From positions 20-64,019 of the forward strand of contig JAFWEE010000006.1 in NCBI GenBank assembly GCA_017515795.1: a DNA stretch of 64,000 bases. Reading direction: 5' to 3'. This document shows positions 29,079 through 37,984 of this stretch, in pieces. The notes under the pieces are model-generated. The model was not told the origin of the DNA. It worked only from the letters and a program-made list of their open reading frames with translations, and did not search any database. A program made the position numbers and the translations under genes. The DNA comes from Bacilli bacterium (GTDB taxonomy: Bacteria > Bacillota_I > Bacilli_A > RF39 > UBA660). The first letter of the stretch is position 1. Every line of letters starts with the position of its first letter.

Positions 29079-29693
29079 TTATTTTGCTCTTATTTGTGCC
29101 ATATAGTTTCTAACTTTCATAGCCCAAGTATTAGATTCTGCATATCTTGGATTCATTAATTCTGGTGTATTTAAACCTTTAGCATAATATCCTGCTAAGT
29201 TATCTATAAACTTAGTAATACCATCTTCCATAGAATCAAATTTTCTATATGATCCACCACCACAACTTGGAGTACCTTTTATACCACCTAAGTTATAACA
29301 GTTTCTAGCTAATGAACTACATCCCCATTTACATCCTGTTTCAAGTAATACTATACCTAATGCAAGATATGGGTCAACACCTTTTTCTAAACAGTATGAT
29401 GCAAAGAATTCACCATAACCATCTATAGAAGATCCCATAGATCTATCTAGTTTTTCACCAAGCTCTTTTAAAGTCATACCATCATATACGATTTTACGAA
29501 CTTCTAGATTAGAATCTTTACTCATCTCGGATGTATCTAATACTAATTCTTTAGAATTAGATAAATCTGCTTTTAATAAAGCTATTTCATTAGTATCAAT
29601 GCTTCCTAGCACTACTGCTAATGAAGTTAAAAAAACCATGCAAATAGTAAAAACAATAATAATTCTCTTATTTAAATGTTTTACTAATTTCAT
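29079..29693 (-). CDS. secreted glucosaminidase-domain peptidoglycan hydrolase
   Basis: Signal anchor, then VDPYLALGIVLLETG...NLGGIKG, resembling the mannosyl-glycoprotein endo-beta-N-acetylglucosaminidase domain. Has an unusual Cys-rich insertion (GCKWGCSSLARNC...PSCGGG). Confidence 0.65.
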   Translation of the reverse strand: MKLVKHLNKRIIIVFTICMVFLTSLAVVLGSIDTNEIALLKADLSNSKELVLDTSEMSKDSNLEVRKIVYDGMTLKELGEKLDRSMGSSIDGYGEFFASYCLEKGVDPYLALGIVLLETGCKWGCSSLARNCYNLGGIKGTPSCGGGSYRKFDSMEDGITKFIDNLAGYYAKGLNTPELMNPRYAESNTWAMKVRNYMAQIRAK

Positions 29694-29771
29694 AGATATT
29701 CACCTACTTTTCGCCTTTTTCAAAGCTACTTTATAATACCATAAATAAGGGCTTTAGTCAAATAAAGAACC

Positions 29772-30650
29772 TTATTTAAGTATAAGGTTCTTTCTATTTT
29801 TTCCTAGTATAAAATCATAATAATATATTAGATTTCCTTCTTCTGTAATATAGTCTACAAAGTCATCTATATATTCATTATCTTCATATTCATCAAATAA
29901 TAATCTTATTTTTTCTCCTATATGAGTTATATTATCATCTTTAATACCAAGAGCATATAAAGACTTTTGAATTTGATGTTCTAATTCTCCTTCTTCAAAA
30001 GATGAGAAATAACTTAAATTAAAGTTTAATGCTAATAAAAAGTAAATATATATTAAACTTCTTATATCCATATTCTTAGTATATAATCCATCTTTATAAT
30101 ACTTTTCTGTTCTTAATATTGGTCCACCATAATTACATTCTATATCAGAGGCAATATATCCCTCTACATTACCTATTTGCATATCATCAAAACATACAAA
30201 CGACATTCCATTTTTAGTTAAGAATACATTTCTTAAATCTAATAAATTTGGAAATACTATATTGTCTCCTGCTTTTTGAATAAATTCTTTTAAACCATAA
30301 TATATTTCTCTATATCTATATAAATCTGTTTTATCAAAAGAAGAACATTCATTCTCATATTGATCTATATTAATTCCATCTACTTTATCCATAGTATAAC
30401 CATTTAATAATCCTTTATTATCTAAAACAGCTAATTTAGGAACTACAAGACCTGATGGCATATGTTCAACAAATTGCATTTTTTTAGTTAAGTAATTTAC
30501 TCTATGCCTATTTTCATGCATTAATGGTCCTTTAAAACATTTATATAGTTTATCATCAGGTAATATAAATAGTTCTGATTTAGATGAATAATAATTAGGT
30601 ATATATATATGTTTTTTATTCTTAATACTTTCCTTACTAATTGCTTTCAT
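29772..30650 (-). CDS. atypical protein-kinase-like protein, paralog 2 (292 aa)
   Basis: Shares GYTMDKV, AGDNIVFPNLLDLRNVFL and VCFDDMQIG with paralog 1. Confidence 0.55.
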   Translation of the reverse strand: MKAISKESIKNKKHIYIPNYYSSKSELFILPDDKLYKCFKGPLMHENRHRVNYLTKKMQFVEHMPSGLVVPKLAVLDNKGLLNGYTMDKVDGINIDQYENECSSFDKTDLYRYREIYYGLKEFIQKAGDNIVFPNLLDLRNVFLTKNGMSFVCFDDMQIGNVEGYIASDIECNYGGPILRTEKYYKDGLYTKNMDIRSLIYIYFLLALNFNLSYFSSFEEGELEHQIQKSLYALGIKDDNITHIGEKIRLLFDEYEDNEYIDDFVDYITEEGNLIYYYDFILGKNRKNLILK

Positions 30651-30700
30651 AATAACACCCCTAAAGCAAGATGTATTATATCATAAATATAAATATATGC

Positions 30701-30724
30701 AAATAAAAAGACCCTAAAGGGTCA
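30701..30724 (-). terminator. hairpin terminator after the 322-aa gene
   Basis: GC-rich 5-bp stem gaccc / gggtc with loop taaa, containing the TGA stop at 30722-30724. Followed on the minus strand by TTTTTATTT. Confidence 0.4.
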
Positions 30725-31690
30725 ATCTCTAAATTTAAAATATAACATAATAATAGCTATTATAATAGTTATTACTATCATAGAAATAATAACTATAGAA
30801 GAATATCCACTTTGATTAGATGTACTAAAGTCATATTCTTCTTCAGTATCTTTTTCATTAATCTCAGTATAATTATCTAATGACATTAATTGATTATTTC
30901 TTTTTTGATTTATTAAATATTCAAATTTTCTATATTTCTTTTTTACTTCTTCTATTTCTTTATCTGTTTGTAATAATACTATTGGATCTATATTATTCTC
31001 TATAGATTTAGATAATACTCCATCAAATATAGATACTGCATTATCTACATCTGTTACTTTTAATAATTTTAAATTATTACCTAAAATATTAAACCATTTA
31101 GTATATTCATTTATATTTTCATATAATTTAGTAATATTAAGAGAGACTCCTATAGACTCATCTGCTTTCTCTCTAGAATAATCATAATTTCTTATTAATG
31201 TATTTTTAGTATACATTAATACATCTGACAGATTCTCTACTCTTTTTCCAAAATAAGATACATTATTTTCATCTTTAACATTTTCTATATACAAAGTAAT
31301 ACCATTAGATATTAATTGAGCTAGTCCATTAGAAATTGTTTTTATATAATCCTGTTGTTCTTCCATTGTAGACCAATCATATACATCAAGAGGTAAATTA
31401 GATAGATCTATAACAGCATATTTAACTCCATATTTTACAAGTATATAAATAAAATTAGTTATTTGTTTTAAATTAGTTAAATCATATCTTAATGTAGGTA
31501 AATGAAATAATAATGTTCCATGATATATTTTATTTAATGACTCTAAATCTAATTCTTTTCCATCTTTTCTTACTACTAATTCAGTATATTTAGCAGATAA
31601 CTTTTCAGATTTCATGCATTTATCTATATTACTTCCTTGAATAATATAATCCCCAGTATAAGAAATACCTATATTCTTAAAATAGTCCAT
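30722..31690 (-). CDS. hypothetical C-terminally tail-anchored protein (322 aa)
   Basis: No signal peptide. A single TM at the extreme C-terminus (SSIVIISMIVITIIIAIIMLYFKFRD). The N-domain has faint TIM-barrel/xylose-isomerase-like motifs (LFHLP, LYIEN), too weak to call. Stop is TGA. Confidence 0.55.
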   Translation of the reverse strand: MDYFKNIGISYTGDYIIQGSNIDKCMKSEKLSAKYTELVVRKDGKELDLESLNKIYHGTLLFHLPTLRYDLTNLKQITNFIYILVKYGVKYAVIDLSNLPLDVYDWSTMEEQQDYIKTISNGLAQLISNGITLYIENVKDENNVSYFGKRVENLSDVLMYTKNTLIRNYDYSREKADESIGVSLNITKLYENINEYTKWFNILGNNLKLLKVTDVDNAVSIFDGVLSKSIENNIDPIVLLQTDKEIEEVKKKYRKFEYLINQKRNNQLMSLDNYTEINEKDTEEEYDFSTSNQSGYSSIVIISMIVITIIIAIIMLYFKFRD

Positions 31691-31768
31691 GAAATCACCA
31701 CCTACTATATAACTATATTATATTATAAAATATAATTCATTTCAATTAAAAAATAGACAGATATCTGT

Positions 31769-32401
31769 CTATTCATTTAACCAATCATAATCATATATTT
31801 CTTCGATTTTTTCATCTTTTTCTGGTTTTCTTTTTATATCACTTACTTCTTTATATCCTTTTTTAGTCCATTCAAATAATATTTTATCTATATATCTCAT
31901 ATTATGAACACCAGATAATACAGCTTCTTTTAGAGCTTCTTTTATTAAAACCTCTGGTATATCACTTTCTATCCAATTACCTATTATTTGAGTTTCTGTT
32001 GGACTAAGAGTTCTACCAAATTCTGATTCAAATAGTGAATATACATCATTATTATCAGATTCTTCATTTGAAGACATAATAATACTTTCTATTTTATTAA
32101 AGAATAATTCAGTAGATATAAATTCTTCAATTACTCCATTAGTCTTTTTCATTTCTATAGAAATATAATTCTTTTCATTAAGAGAACTAATTAATTCTAG
32201 CACTCTATTACTTTCCATATATAATTTAGAGGATAAACTATTAATATCAAACATAACTAAATCTTTTTGATTAATTAAAAATACAAGTAATATAAATTCA
32301 TCTAATTCTAGATCTAATTTATCTCTATATTTTAATAAATAATCTGGAATAATAATATTATTATTTATTTTTAATACATCTTTTAATATCTTATCTTTCA
32401 T
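31769..32401 (-). CDS. dnaD: DnaD-domain replication initiation/membrane attachment protein
   Basis: C-terminal DnaD repeat FESEFGRTLSPTETQIIGNWIE...NMRYIDKILFEW. Start at ATG 32401 with SD AGGAGGA. Confidence 0.75.
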   Translation of the reverse strand: MKDKILKDVLKINNNIIIPDYLLKYRDKLDLELDEFILLVFLINQKDLVMFDINSLSSKLYMESNRVLELISSLNEKNYISIEMKKTNGVIEEFISTELFFNKIESIIMSSNEESDNNDVYSLFESEFGRTLSPTETQIIGNWIESDIPEVLIKEALKEAVLSGVHNMRYIDKILFEWTKKGYKEVSDIKRKPEKDEKIEEIYDYDWLNE

Positions 32402-32434
32402 ATTATCCTCCTTTAAGAGCATTATAACATATTT

Positions 32435-33223
32435 TTATTCATTATCTATATATGACTTTAAAATTCTCTTTTCTTCTCTAGTAAACGGATAATTATCATC
32501 ATATTCTATTTTAGACCATACTTTTAAATAATTATCTCCATATATATTATTACCTATTTTAATAGATAAAGCCTCTTCTAAACCATATTCTTTTATTAAA
32601 TCTATACCTCTTTGATAATTTATATTAGAAAATATTTTATCTAATTCTTCTTTTTTTCTAAAGAAGGATAAATTTCTTATTAACTCTTTATTATTATGTA
32701 TTGCTTTAGATACTTCATCATCTATATTAAAATTCAATATAGAAGCAAATCTAATACATCTAAGAATTCTTAGAGAATCTTCCTTAAATGATATATTTGG
32801 ATTTTTAACTGTTCTAATAATTTTATTATCAATATCATTTTTAGCACCAAGTATATCTAAGTATTTACCATCTTTATTAATACATAAAGTATTAATAATA
32901 AAATCTCTTCTTTTTAAATCTTCTTCAATAGTATCTACAGTTTCTTGAATATCAGGTTTTCTATTATCTATATAAGATATATCTTTTCTAAAAGTAGTTA
33001 TTTGATATTTATATGATTTATAGTCTACTATATATGACATATAACCATTTTCTTTAACATTATCAAATATTCTTACTAGATCATCATATTTAGCATTAGT
33101 AGTAATATCTATATCATTACTATATTTACCAATATATTTATCTCTAGGATAACCACCTACTATATAGCCTCTAAACCCATTAAAGAATAATTTGTTTAAA
33201 ATTTCTAACCCCATTTCGTACAT
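32435..33223 (-). CDS. cca: class II tRNA nucleotidyltransferase (CCA-adding/poly(A) polymerase family), short 262-aa form
   Basis: Motif A GGYPRDKYIGKYSNDIDI, motif B RRDFIINTL, then DILGAKNDI, EDSLRILRCIRFAS and FRKKEELDK. The ~130-150 aa body/tail region of typical enzymes is absent. Confidence 0.75.
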   Translation of the reverse strand: MYEMGLEILNKLFFNGFRGYIVGGYPRDKYIGKYSNDIDITTNAKYDDLVRIFDNVKENGYMSYIVDYKSYKYQITTFRKDISYIDNRKPDIQETVDTIEEDLKRRDFIINTLCINKDGKYLDILGAKNDIDNKIIRTVKNPNISFKEDSLRILRCIRFASILNFNIDDEVSKAIHNNKELIRNLSFFRKKEELDKIFSNINYQRGIDLIKEYGLEEALSIKIGNNIYGDNYLKVWSKIEYDDNYPFTREEKRILKSYIDNE

Positions 33224-33253
33224 AGTATCACCACAATTATATTATAACATATA

Positions 33254-33280
33254 AAAAAAGACATTAATAATGTCTTTTTT
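33254..33280 (-). terminator. hairpin terminator of hup
   Basis: 12-bp stem aaaaaagacatt / aatgtctttttt with loop aat, 6 nt after the hup stop. Confidence 0.55.
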
Positions 33281-33285
33281 CTCTA

Positions 33286-33561
33286 TTATTTATTAACAGC
33301 TTCTTTTAATTTAGAACCAACTTTGAAAGTAACAGCTTTTCTTGCAGGAATCTTAACTGTTTCACCAGTTCTTGGATTTCTACCACTTCTAGCTTTTCTA
33401 GTTGATACTGCGTATGTACCAAATCCTGTTAAAGTAATTTTTTTACCACCTTTTAATGCTTTTGCAACAACTGATTGGAATGCATTTAAAGCTCTTTCAG
33501 CATCAGCTTTAGTAATTCCAGCTTCTTTAGCAATTGCTTCTACGATTTCTGTTTTGTTCAT
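33286..33561 (-). CDS. hup: DNA-binding protein HU
   Basis: [11 protein letters not shown]...[28 protein letters not shown], a canonical HU arm. Confidence 0.95.
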   Translation of the reverse strand: MNKTEIVEAIAKEAGITKADAERALNAFQSVVAKALKGGKKITLTGFGTYAVSTRKARSGRNPRTGETVKIPARKAVTFKVGSKLKEAVNK

Positions 33562-33612
33562 ATCAAATTCCTCCTATTATGAAACCATAAGCACATCTAT
33601 GCTTACAACTTA

Positions 33613-33641
33613 AATATACCATTTTTTTGTTATAAAATCAA
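33613..33641 (-). promoter_or_regulatory. candidate sigma-A promoter of hup
   Basis: Minus strand: TTGATT (33641-33636), 17 nt, extended -10 TGGTATATT (33621-33613). The leader contains the small hairpin taagca-N6-tgctta. Confidence 0.5.
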
Positions 33642-33654
33642 CGTTTTTAAAGAA

Positions 33655-33679
33655 AAAAATGTGTTTTTAACACATTTTT
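33655..33679 (-). terminator. hairpin terminator after the 317-aa gene
   Basis: 11-bp stem aaaaatgtgtt / aacacattttt with loop ttt, abutting the stop at 33678-33680. Confidence 0.45.
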
Positions 33680-34631
33680 ATGCTACTAAAGCTAGTTTTT
33701 TATCTTCTTGCTCAGTTTTTTTAGAATTAAATACATTAATTGTAGAAGTTATACCTTTATTATTAGAGTCTGCAATCTTATCAAGTTTACTTGTTAATAA
33801 TGGTTTTATTTCAACTTTTGGCTCTACAATTGTTATATTATCAAATGATGGAATAGATTCATTTACTGGAGTTTCTATAGTAGGAACTTCATTAACTTCT
33901 TCTTTAGATTCTATTTCATCTACTTTTACTTCACTAAGTTCAATAGGAGCTTCTTCTACCTTTACTTCTTCAGCTTTTTCTTCTATTGGAGCTTCAACCT
34001 TTTGTTCTTCAACTATAGGTTCTTTAATCTCCTCTTGTTTAGTTTCTTCTTTTATTTCCTTAGTTTCTTCTATCTTTTCAGTTTTAATTTCATTTTGTTT
34101 TAATATATCTTCGAAACTAGCATATTTTTTATATTTTTTAATTTCATCAGCTAATTTATTTGCTTCTTCTAAATCAGATTGTTTAGATTCAAATAAATAA
34201 CTATCAACTGCTTTAACTTGTTTTTTTACTAATTCATCATATGCTTTAGTAAATTCTTCTACCATCTTTTTAGCAGTTGCTTCTAAAGCAGTTTTATCTT
34301 CTTCAAGATTTCTTAGTTCTCCATATATATCTTCTAATTCAACTTTTAGTTTATCTAGTTCAGCATTTAATTCACTAAGTATCTTAAGATTATAAGTTAC
34401 TTTTTCAATCTGATCCCCAGTATTAATAATACCTATTTCTTCAGATTTATTTCTTTTATTTTCTACTGCCTTATCTACTTCTTCTTCCTTAGCTTCTTTT
34501 TCTTTTGTAGTTTTATCTATTTCTTCTTGTAATTCATTTAAAGCTAATATATCTGGGATAGAATCTTCTAAAACATATACAGGAGTCTCTTCTTTAATTT
34601 CTTCAATTAATTCTTCTTTTACTTCTTCCAT
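33678..34631 (-). CDS. hypothetical Glu/Lys-rich coiled-coil protein (317 aa)
   Basis: Highly charged E/K-rich sequence with a heptad-like character. No TM and no recognised family. Confidence 0.6.
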   Translation of the reverse strand: MEEVKEELIEEIKEETPVYVLEDSIPDILALNELQEEIDKTTKEKEAKEEEVDKAVENKRNKSEEIGIINTGDQIEKVTYNLKILSELNAELDKLKVELEDIYGELRNLEEDKTALEATAKKMVEEFTKAYDELVKKQVKAVDSYLFESKQSDLEEANKLADEIKKYKKYASFEDILKQNEIKTEKIEETKEIKEETKQEEIKEPIVEEQKVEAPIEEKAEEVKVEEAPIELSEVKVDEIESKEEVNEVPTIETPVNESIPSFDNITIVEPKVEIKPLLTSKLDKIADSNNKGITSTINVFNSKKTEQEDKKLALVA

Positions 34632-34640
34632 AGTAACCTC

Positions 34641-34949
34641 CTATCCTTGATTTTGGCTAACTAATTCTTTATAACTTTCAGCAAATGCATTATATACAGT
34701 TTTCTTTTCTGCATCATCTGTTAAGTTAGAAAGTTTTTCATTACCATTTTCATCTAAATCAATTCTTGCAGCCATGATAAATACTTTCTTTTCATCTTCA
34801 GGAACATCTCTAGTATCTTCAATATCGTCGATAGAATAAATAAGATATTTCTTATCAGTTCCTTTGATTTCAAGTCTAGTAACAACTGTTGCTACAAGTT
34901 CATTTCCTTTTTCATCAATTACTTTAAATGTTTCTAACTCTCTATCCAT
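34641..34949 (-). CDS. DUF1292-family small acidic protein
   Basis: FKVIDEKGNE...KKYLIYSIDD...FIMAARI pattern typical of DUF1292 (YrzB-like). Confidence 0.6.
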   Translation of the reverse strand: MDRELETFKVIDEKGNELVATVVTRLEIKGTDKKYLIYSIDDIEDTRDVPEDEKKVFIMAARIDLDENGNEKLSNLTDDAEKKTVYNAFAESYKELVSQNQG

Positions 34950-35021
34950 TTTTATTCTCTCCTATTATGTATATATAATAACATTTTTTGAAGTAAAAAA
35001 CAACCATTTTTGGTTGTTTTA

Positions 35022-36332
35022 TTATTCTTCAGATCTATTTTTGAAGTTAAATTCTATTGGAGTCCCCTCTAAATCAAAATTAGCTCTTAATTGATTTTCT
35101 AAATATCTTAGATATGAGAAATGAACTAGTCCTTTATCATTAACAAACATATCTATTCTAATAGGAGCCACTCCTGTTTGAGTACAATAATATATCTTTA
35201 ATCTTCTTCCTTTATATGAAGGAGGTATATTACTTTCATAAGCATCTCTAATTACATTATTTAAAACACTTGTTTTAAGTTCTTTTCTAGAATTTTCATA
35301 TACTCTGATTATTTCAGGCATTAAAGTATGTAATCTAGTTCCTTTTAATGCACTTAAATATACTATTGGAATATAACTTAAGAATTGGAATTCTCCTCTT
35401 ACTTTCTTTTCAAATTCTTTTTTATCAAAATTAGGAATAGTATCTATTTTATTAACTACTATTACTAATGGTTTACCTTCATCTAATGCATATGAAGCAA
35501 TATGTTTATCATGTTCTACTATTCCCTCTTCTGCATTAATTACTAATGCACATACATCAGATCTAACTATTGATTTCATTGCTCTAAGTAAACTATACTT
35601 TTCTACATTTTCGTATACTCTACCTTTTTTTCTCATACCTGCTGTATCAATAATTATATATTCTTTATGATCATAATTAAATGGAGTGTCTATAGAGTCT
35701 CTTGTAGTACCTGCTTCATTAGATACTATTACTCTCTCTTCTTTTAAAATAGCATTGACAAGTGAACTCTTACCAACATTAGGTCTACCTATTACGCAAA
35801 ATTTAATCTTATCTTCATCCCATTCAAAGTTATCTTGCTTACTAAAATCTGATACTACTTCTTTAAATAGTTCATTAAATCCAGTACCATGTTCTGCACT
35901 AATACCTATTACTTTTTCAAATCCTAATTCATAGAAATCATATAGATTGTCTTTAGATGCTTTAGCATCCATTTTATTAACCGCTACTATAACTTTTTTA
36001 TTTGCTTTATATAATATATTTCTAACTTCAATATCGTTTTGGTTAATACCCTCTATACCATCTACTACAAATATAACCACATCAGATTCATCTATAGCAA
36101 GTTCTGCTTGCATTTTAATTTGTTCATTAAATGTTTCATTAGATAAATCTATTCCACCAGTATCTATTACATTAAATTTATAGTCTTCATAATGACCTAC
36201 CCCATATATTCTATCTCTAGTAACACCTGGAGTATCTTCTATAATAGATATCTTTTTACCCATAAGTCTATTAAATATAGTAGATTTACCTACATTAGGT
36301 CTACCTACTAATGCTACTGTTGGTAACTTCAT
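35022..36332 (-). CDS. der: ribosome biogenesis GTPase Der (EngA)
   Basis: Two tandem G domains (GRPNVGKST twice, DTGG/DTAG, NKMD/NKID) plus a KH-like C-terminus. Start at ATG 36332. The track start is a GTG in the SD GGGAGGTGA. Confidence 0.93.
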   Translation of the reverse strand: MKLPTVALVGRPNVGKSTIFNRLMGKKISIIEDTPGVTRDRIYGVGHYEDYKFNVIDTGGIDLSNETFNEQIKMQAELAIDESDVVIFVVDGIEGINQNDIEVRNILYKANKKVIVAVNKMDAKASKDNLYDFYELGFEKVIGISAEHGTGFNELFKEVVSDFSKQDNFEWDEDKIKFCVIGRPNVGKSSLVNAILKEERVIVSNEAGTTRDSIDTPFNYDHKEYIIIDTAGMRKKGRVYENVEKYSLLRAMKSIVRSDVCALVINAEEGIVEHDKHIASYALDEGKPLVIVVNKIDTIPNFDKKEFEKKVRGEFQFLSYIPIVYLSALKGTRLHTLMPEIIRVYENSRKELKTSVLNNVIRDAYESNIPPSYKGRRLKIYYCTQTGVAPIRIDMFVNDKGLVHFSYLRYLENQLRANFDLEGTPIEFNFKNRSEE

Positions 36333-36369
36333 ATAATTCACCTCCCTTTACTCAAAAAAAGAATAGAAA

Positions 36370-36963
36370 CTATTCTTTATTATAAACTATTTTATCTAGC
36401 TCAGAATGTATATCACTCTTACCAAGTTTAGTCTTGTTTGAGAATAATACCATATTATCTTCATCAAATACATTTAAAGTACTCTTTATAAGATTAATTT
36501 GTTTTTCTCTATCATTTCTAGATACCTTATCTACTTTAGTCATAACTATAGTAACAGGTAATTCGTGATACTTTAAGAAATTGTACATAAGCATATCATC
36601 ATTTGTTGGTTTAATTCTAAAGTCTACTAACATATATACTCTTTCTAAATTATCCCTATTTGCTAAATATTCTTCAATCATTAATCCAAATTTTTGTTGC
36701 ATTTCCTTAGATACATTTGCATATCCATAACCAGGAACATCAACAATATAGAAATCATTATTAACATTATAAAAGTTTAATGTTTGAGTTTTACCTGGAT
36801 TAGAAGATACTCTTGCAATATCTTTCCTTTCCACTATTGCGTTGATAAAACTGCTTTTCCCTACATTACTTCTACCAACCAATAAAAACTCAGGTTTCTT
36901 ATCTTCTGGATATTGACTTTGTCTAACAGCCACTATCGGCTCAGATACACTAATAATTTTCAT
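36370..36963 (-). CDS. engB: ribosome biogenesis GTP-binding protein EngB/YsxC
   Basis: GRSNVGKSSFINA, DVPGYGYA and TKVDK motifs. Confidence 0.9.
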   Translation of the reverse strand: MKIISVSEPIVAVRQSQYPEDKKPEFLLVGRSNVGKSSFINAIVERKDIARVSSNPGKTQTLNFYNVNNDFYIVDVPGYGYANVSKEMQQKFGLMIEEYLANRDNLERVYMLVDFRIKPTNDDMLMYNFLKYHELPVTIVMTKVDKVSRNDREKQINLIKSTLNVFDEDNMVLFSNKTKLGKSDIHSELDKIVYNKE

Positions 36964-37014
36964 ACTAATCTCCTGTGTGCAATAATTATAACAAATAATA
37001 AAAAATAAAGCAAA

Positions 37015-37971
37015 TTAGTCATTTGCTTTATTATATTCCATACATACTTTATCTAAATCTTTAATTATATTTTTTACTTTAGAATCATCTTTTAGTCTAA
37101 CACCAGAAGCTAGAGCATGTCCTCCTCCACCATAATTTTCAAGTATATGGCTTATAACAGGTCCTCTACTTCTTACATTTACTTTAACTAAATCATTTTT
37201 TACATCATAAGTAAATATAGACCATACTATTACTTCATCTATATTATTTAAATTACTTACTATATCACCAGGATATGATGTATCATCACCATATTTCTTA
37301 ATAATATCATCAGTAAGAATTATATATGCAAATCCATTATCAGTAACAGTCATATTTTCTTCTATATAACCTTGAAGTCTTACTTCTTCTAAAGATCTTG
37401 AATATAACATATTAAATATTTCTGTTGTATTAATTTTATGATCACTAAGTAATTTAGATACTAATTCATATGTCTTTGGAGTAGTATAGTCATAAAGAAA
37501 TCTTCCTGTATCAGATACTATTCCTGTAAAGAACTTTTCAGAAGCTTCTTTACCTACTTTAAGATTATTATCATATGCAAATGATAATATCATTTGACAT
37601 ACTGAAGACTCTTTAGTATCTACCCAAGATATATCTCCAAATTTATCTATTGTTGGATGATGATCTATTTTAATAACATATTTAAAATCATTTATATTAC
37701 TAATACCATCTATTCTAATTAAATTTGGAGTATCTAATACAAATAATAATGCATTAGATGTATCTAAGTTATCTATATTATCTAATTTACCCATAGATTT
37801 AAATTTAGAAGCATAAACTCCTATTACATATACTTTCTTCTTAGGAAAATTATCTAATATTAGATGTTTTAATCCTATTGAAGCACCAAGAGCATCTGGA
37901 TCGGCTCCTATATGTCTTGATATAACAATAGTATTAAATTCCTTTATTTTTTCTAATATTTTTTCTTTCAT
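37015..37971 (-). CDS. nrnA: DHH/DHHA1 phosphoesterase (NrnA-like oligoribonuclease/pAp phosphatase)
   Basis: ISRHIGADPDALGAS, IDHHP and GGGGHALASG motifs. Start at ATG 37971 (MKEKILEKI). The longer track ORF would overlap ackA by 32 nt and starts at a non-ATG codon. Confidence 0.85.
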   Translation of the reverse strand: MKEKILEKIKEFNTIVISRHIGADPDALGASIGLKHLILDNFPKKKVYVIGVYASKFKSMGKLDNIDNLDTSNALLFVLDTPNLIRIDGISNINDFKYVIKIDHHPTIDKFGDISWVDTKESSVCQMILSFAYDNNLKVGKEASEKFFTGIVSDTGRFLYDYTTPKTYELVSKLLSDHKINTTEIFNMLYSRSLEEVRLQGYIEENMTVTDNGFAYIILTDDIIKKYGDDTSYPGDIVSNLNNIDEVIVWSIFTYDVKNDLVKVNVRSRGPVISHILENYGGGGHALASGVRLKDDSKVKNIIKDLDKVCMEYNKAND

Positions 37972-37984
37972 TTTATTCTCTTTT

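Noticed and set aside
30722-30724. Possibility of a Mollicutes-type genetic code (UGA = Trp), given the very low GC
   Set aside because: TGA at 30722-30724 terminates a gene right at a terminator hairpin. Trp in conserved motifs (for example WEFPGG and WCPAC) is encoded by TGG. Long ORFs are intact under the standard code.
33661-34200. 179-aa plus-strand ORF (also 33323-33613)
   Set aside because: It is antisense to the E/K-rich gene 33678-34631 and to hup. The S/F/L-rich product is the expected mirror of GAA/AAA-rich coding DNA. There is no SD.
36333-36341. Longest-ORF starts that add 2-4 residues (MNYM, MINM, MVRM, MIYM and similar) at der, ftsY, tex and ORFs 5192, 25463, 26169, 39229, 62111
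   Set aside because: In each case the upstream start is the GTG inside the Shine-Dalgarno sequence A/GGGTGA, located 5 nt before a proper ATG. The ATG is the more likely initiation codon.
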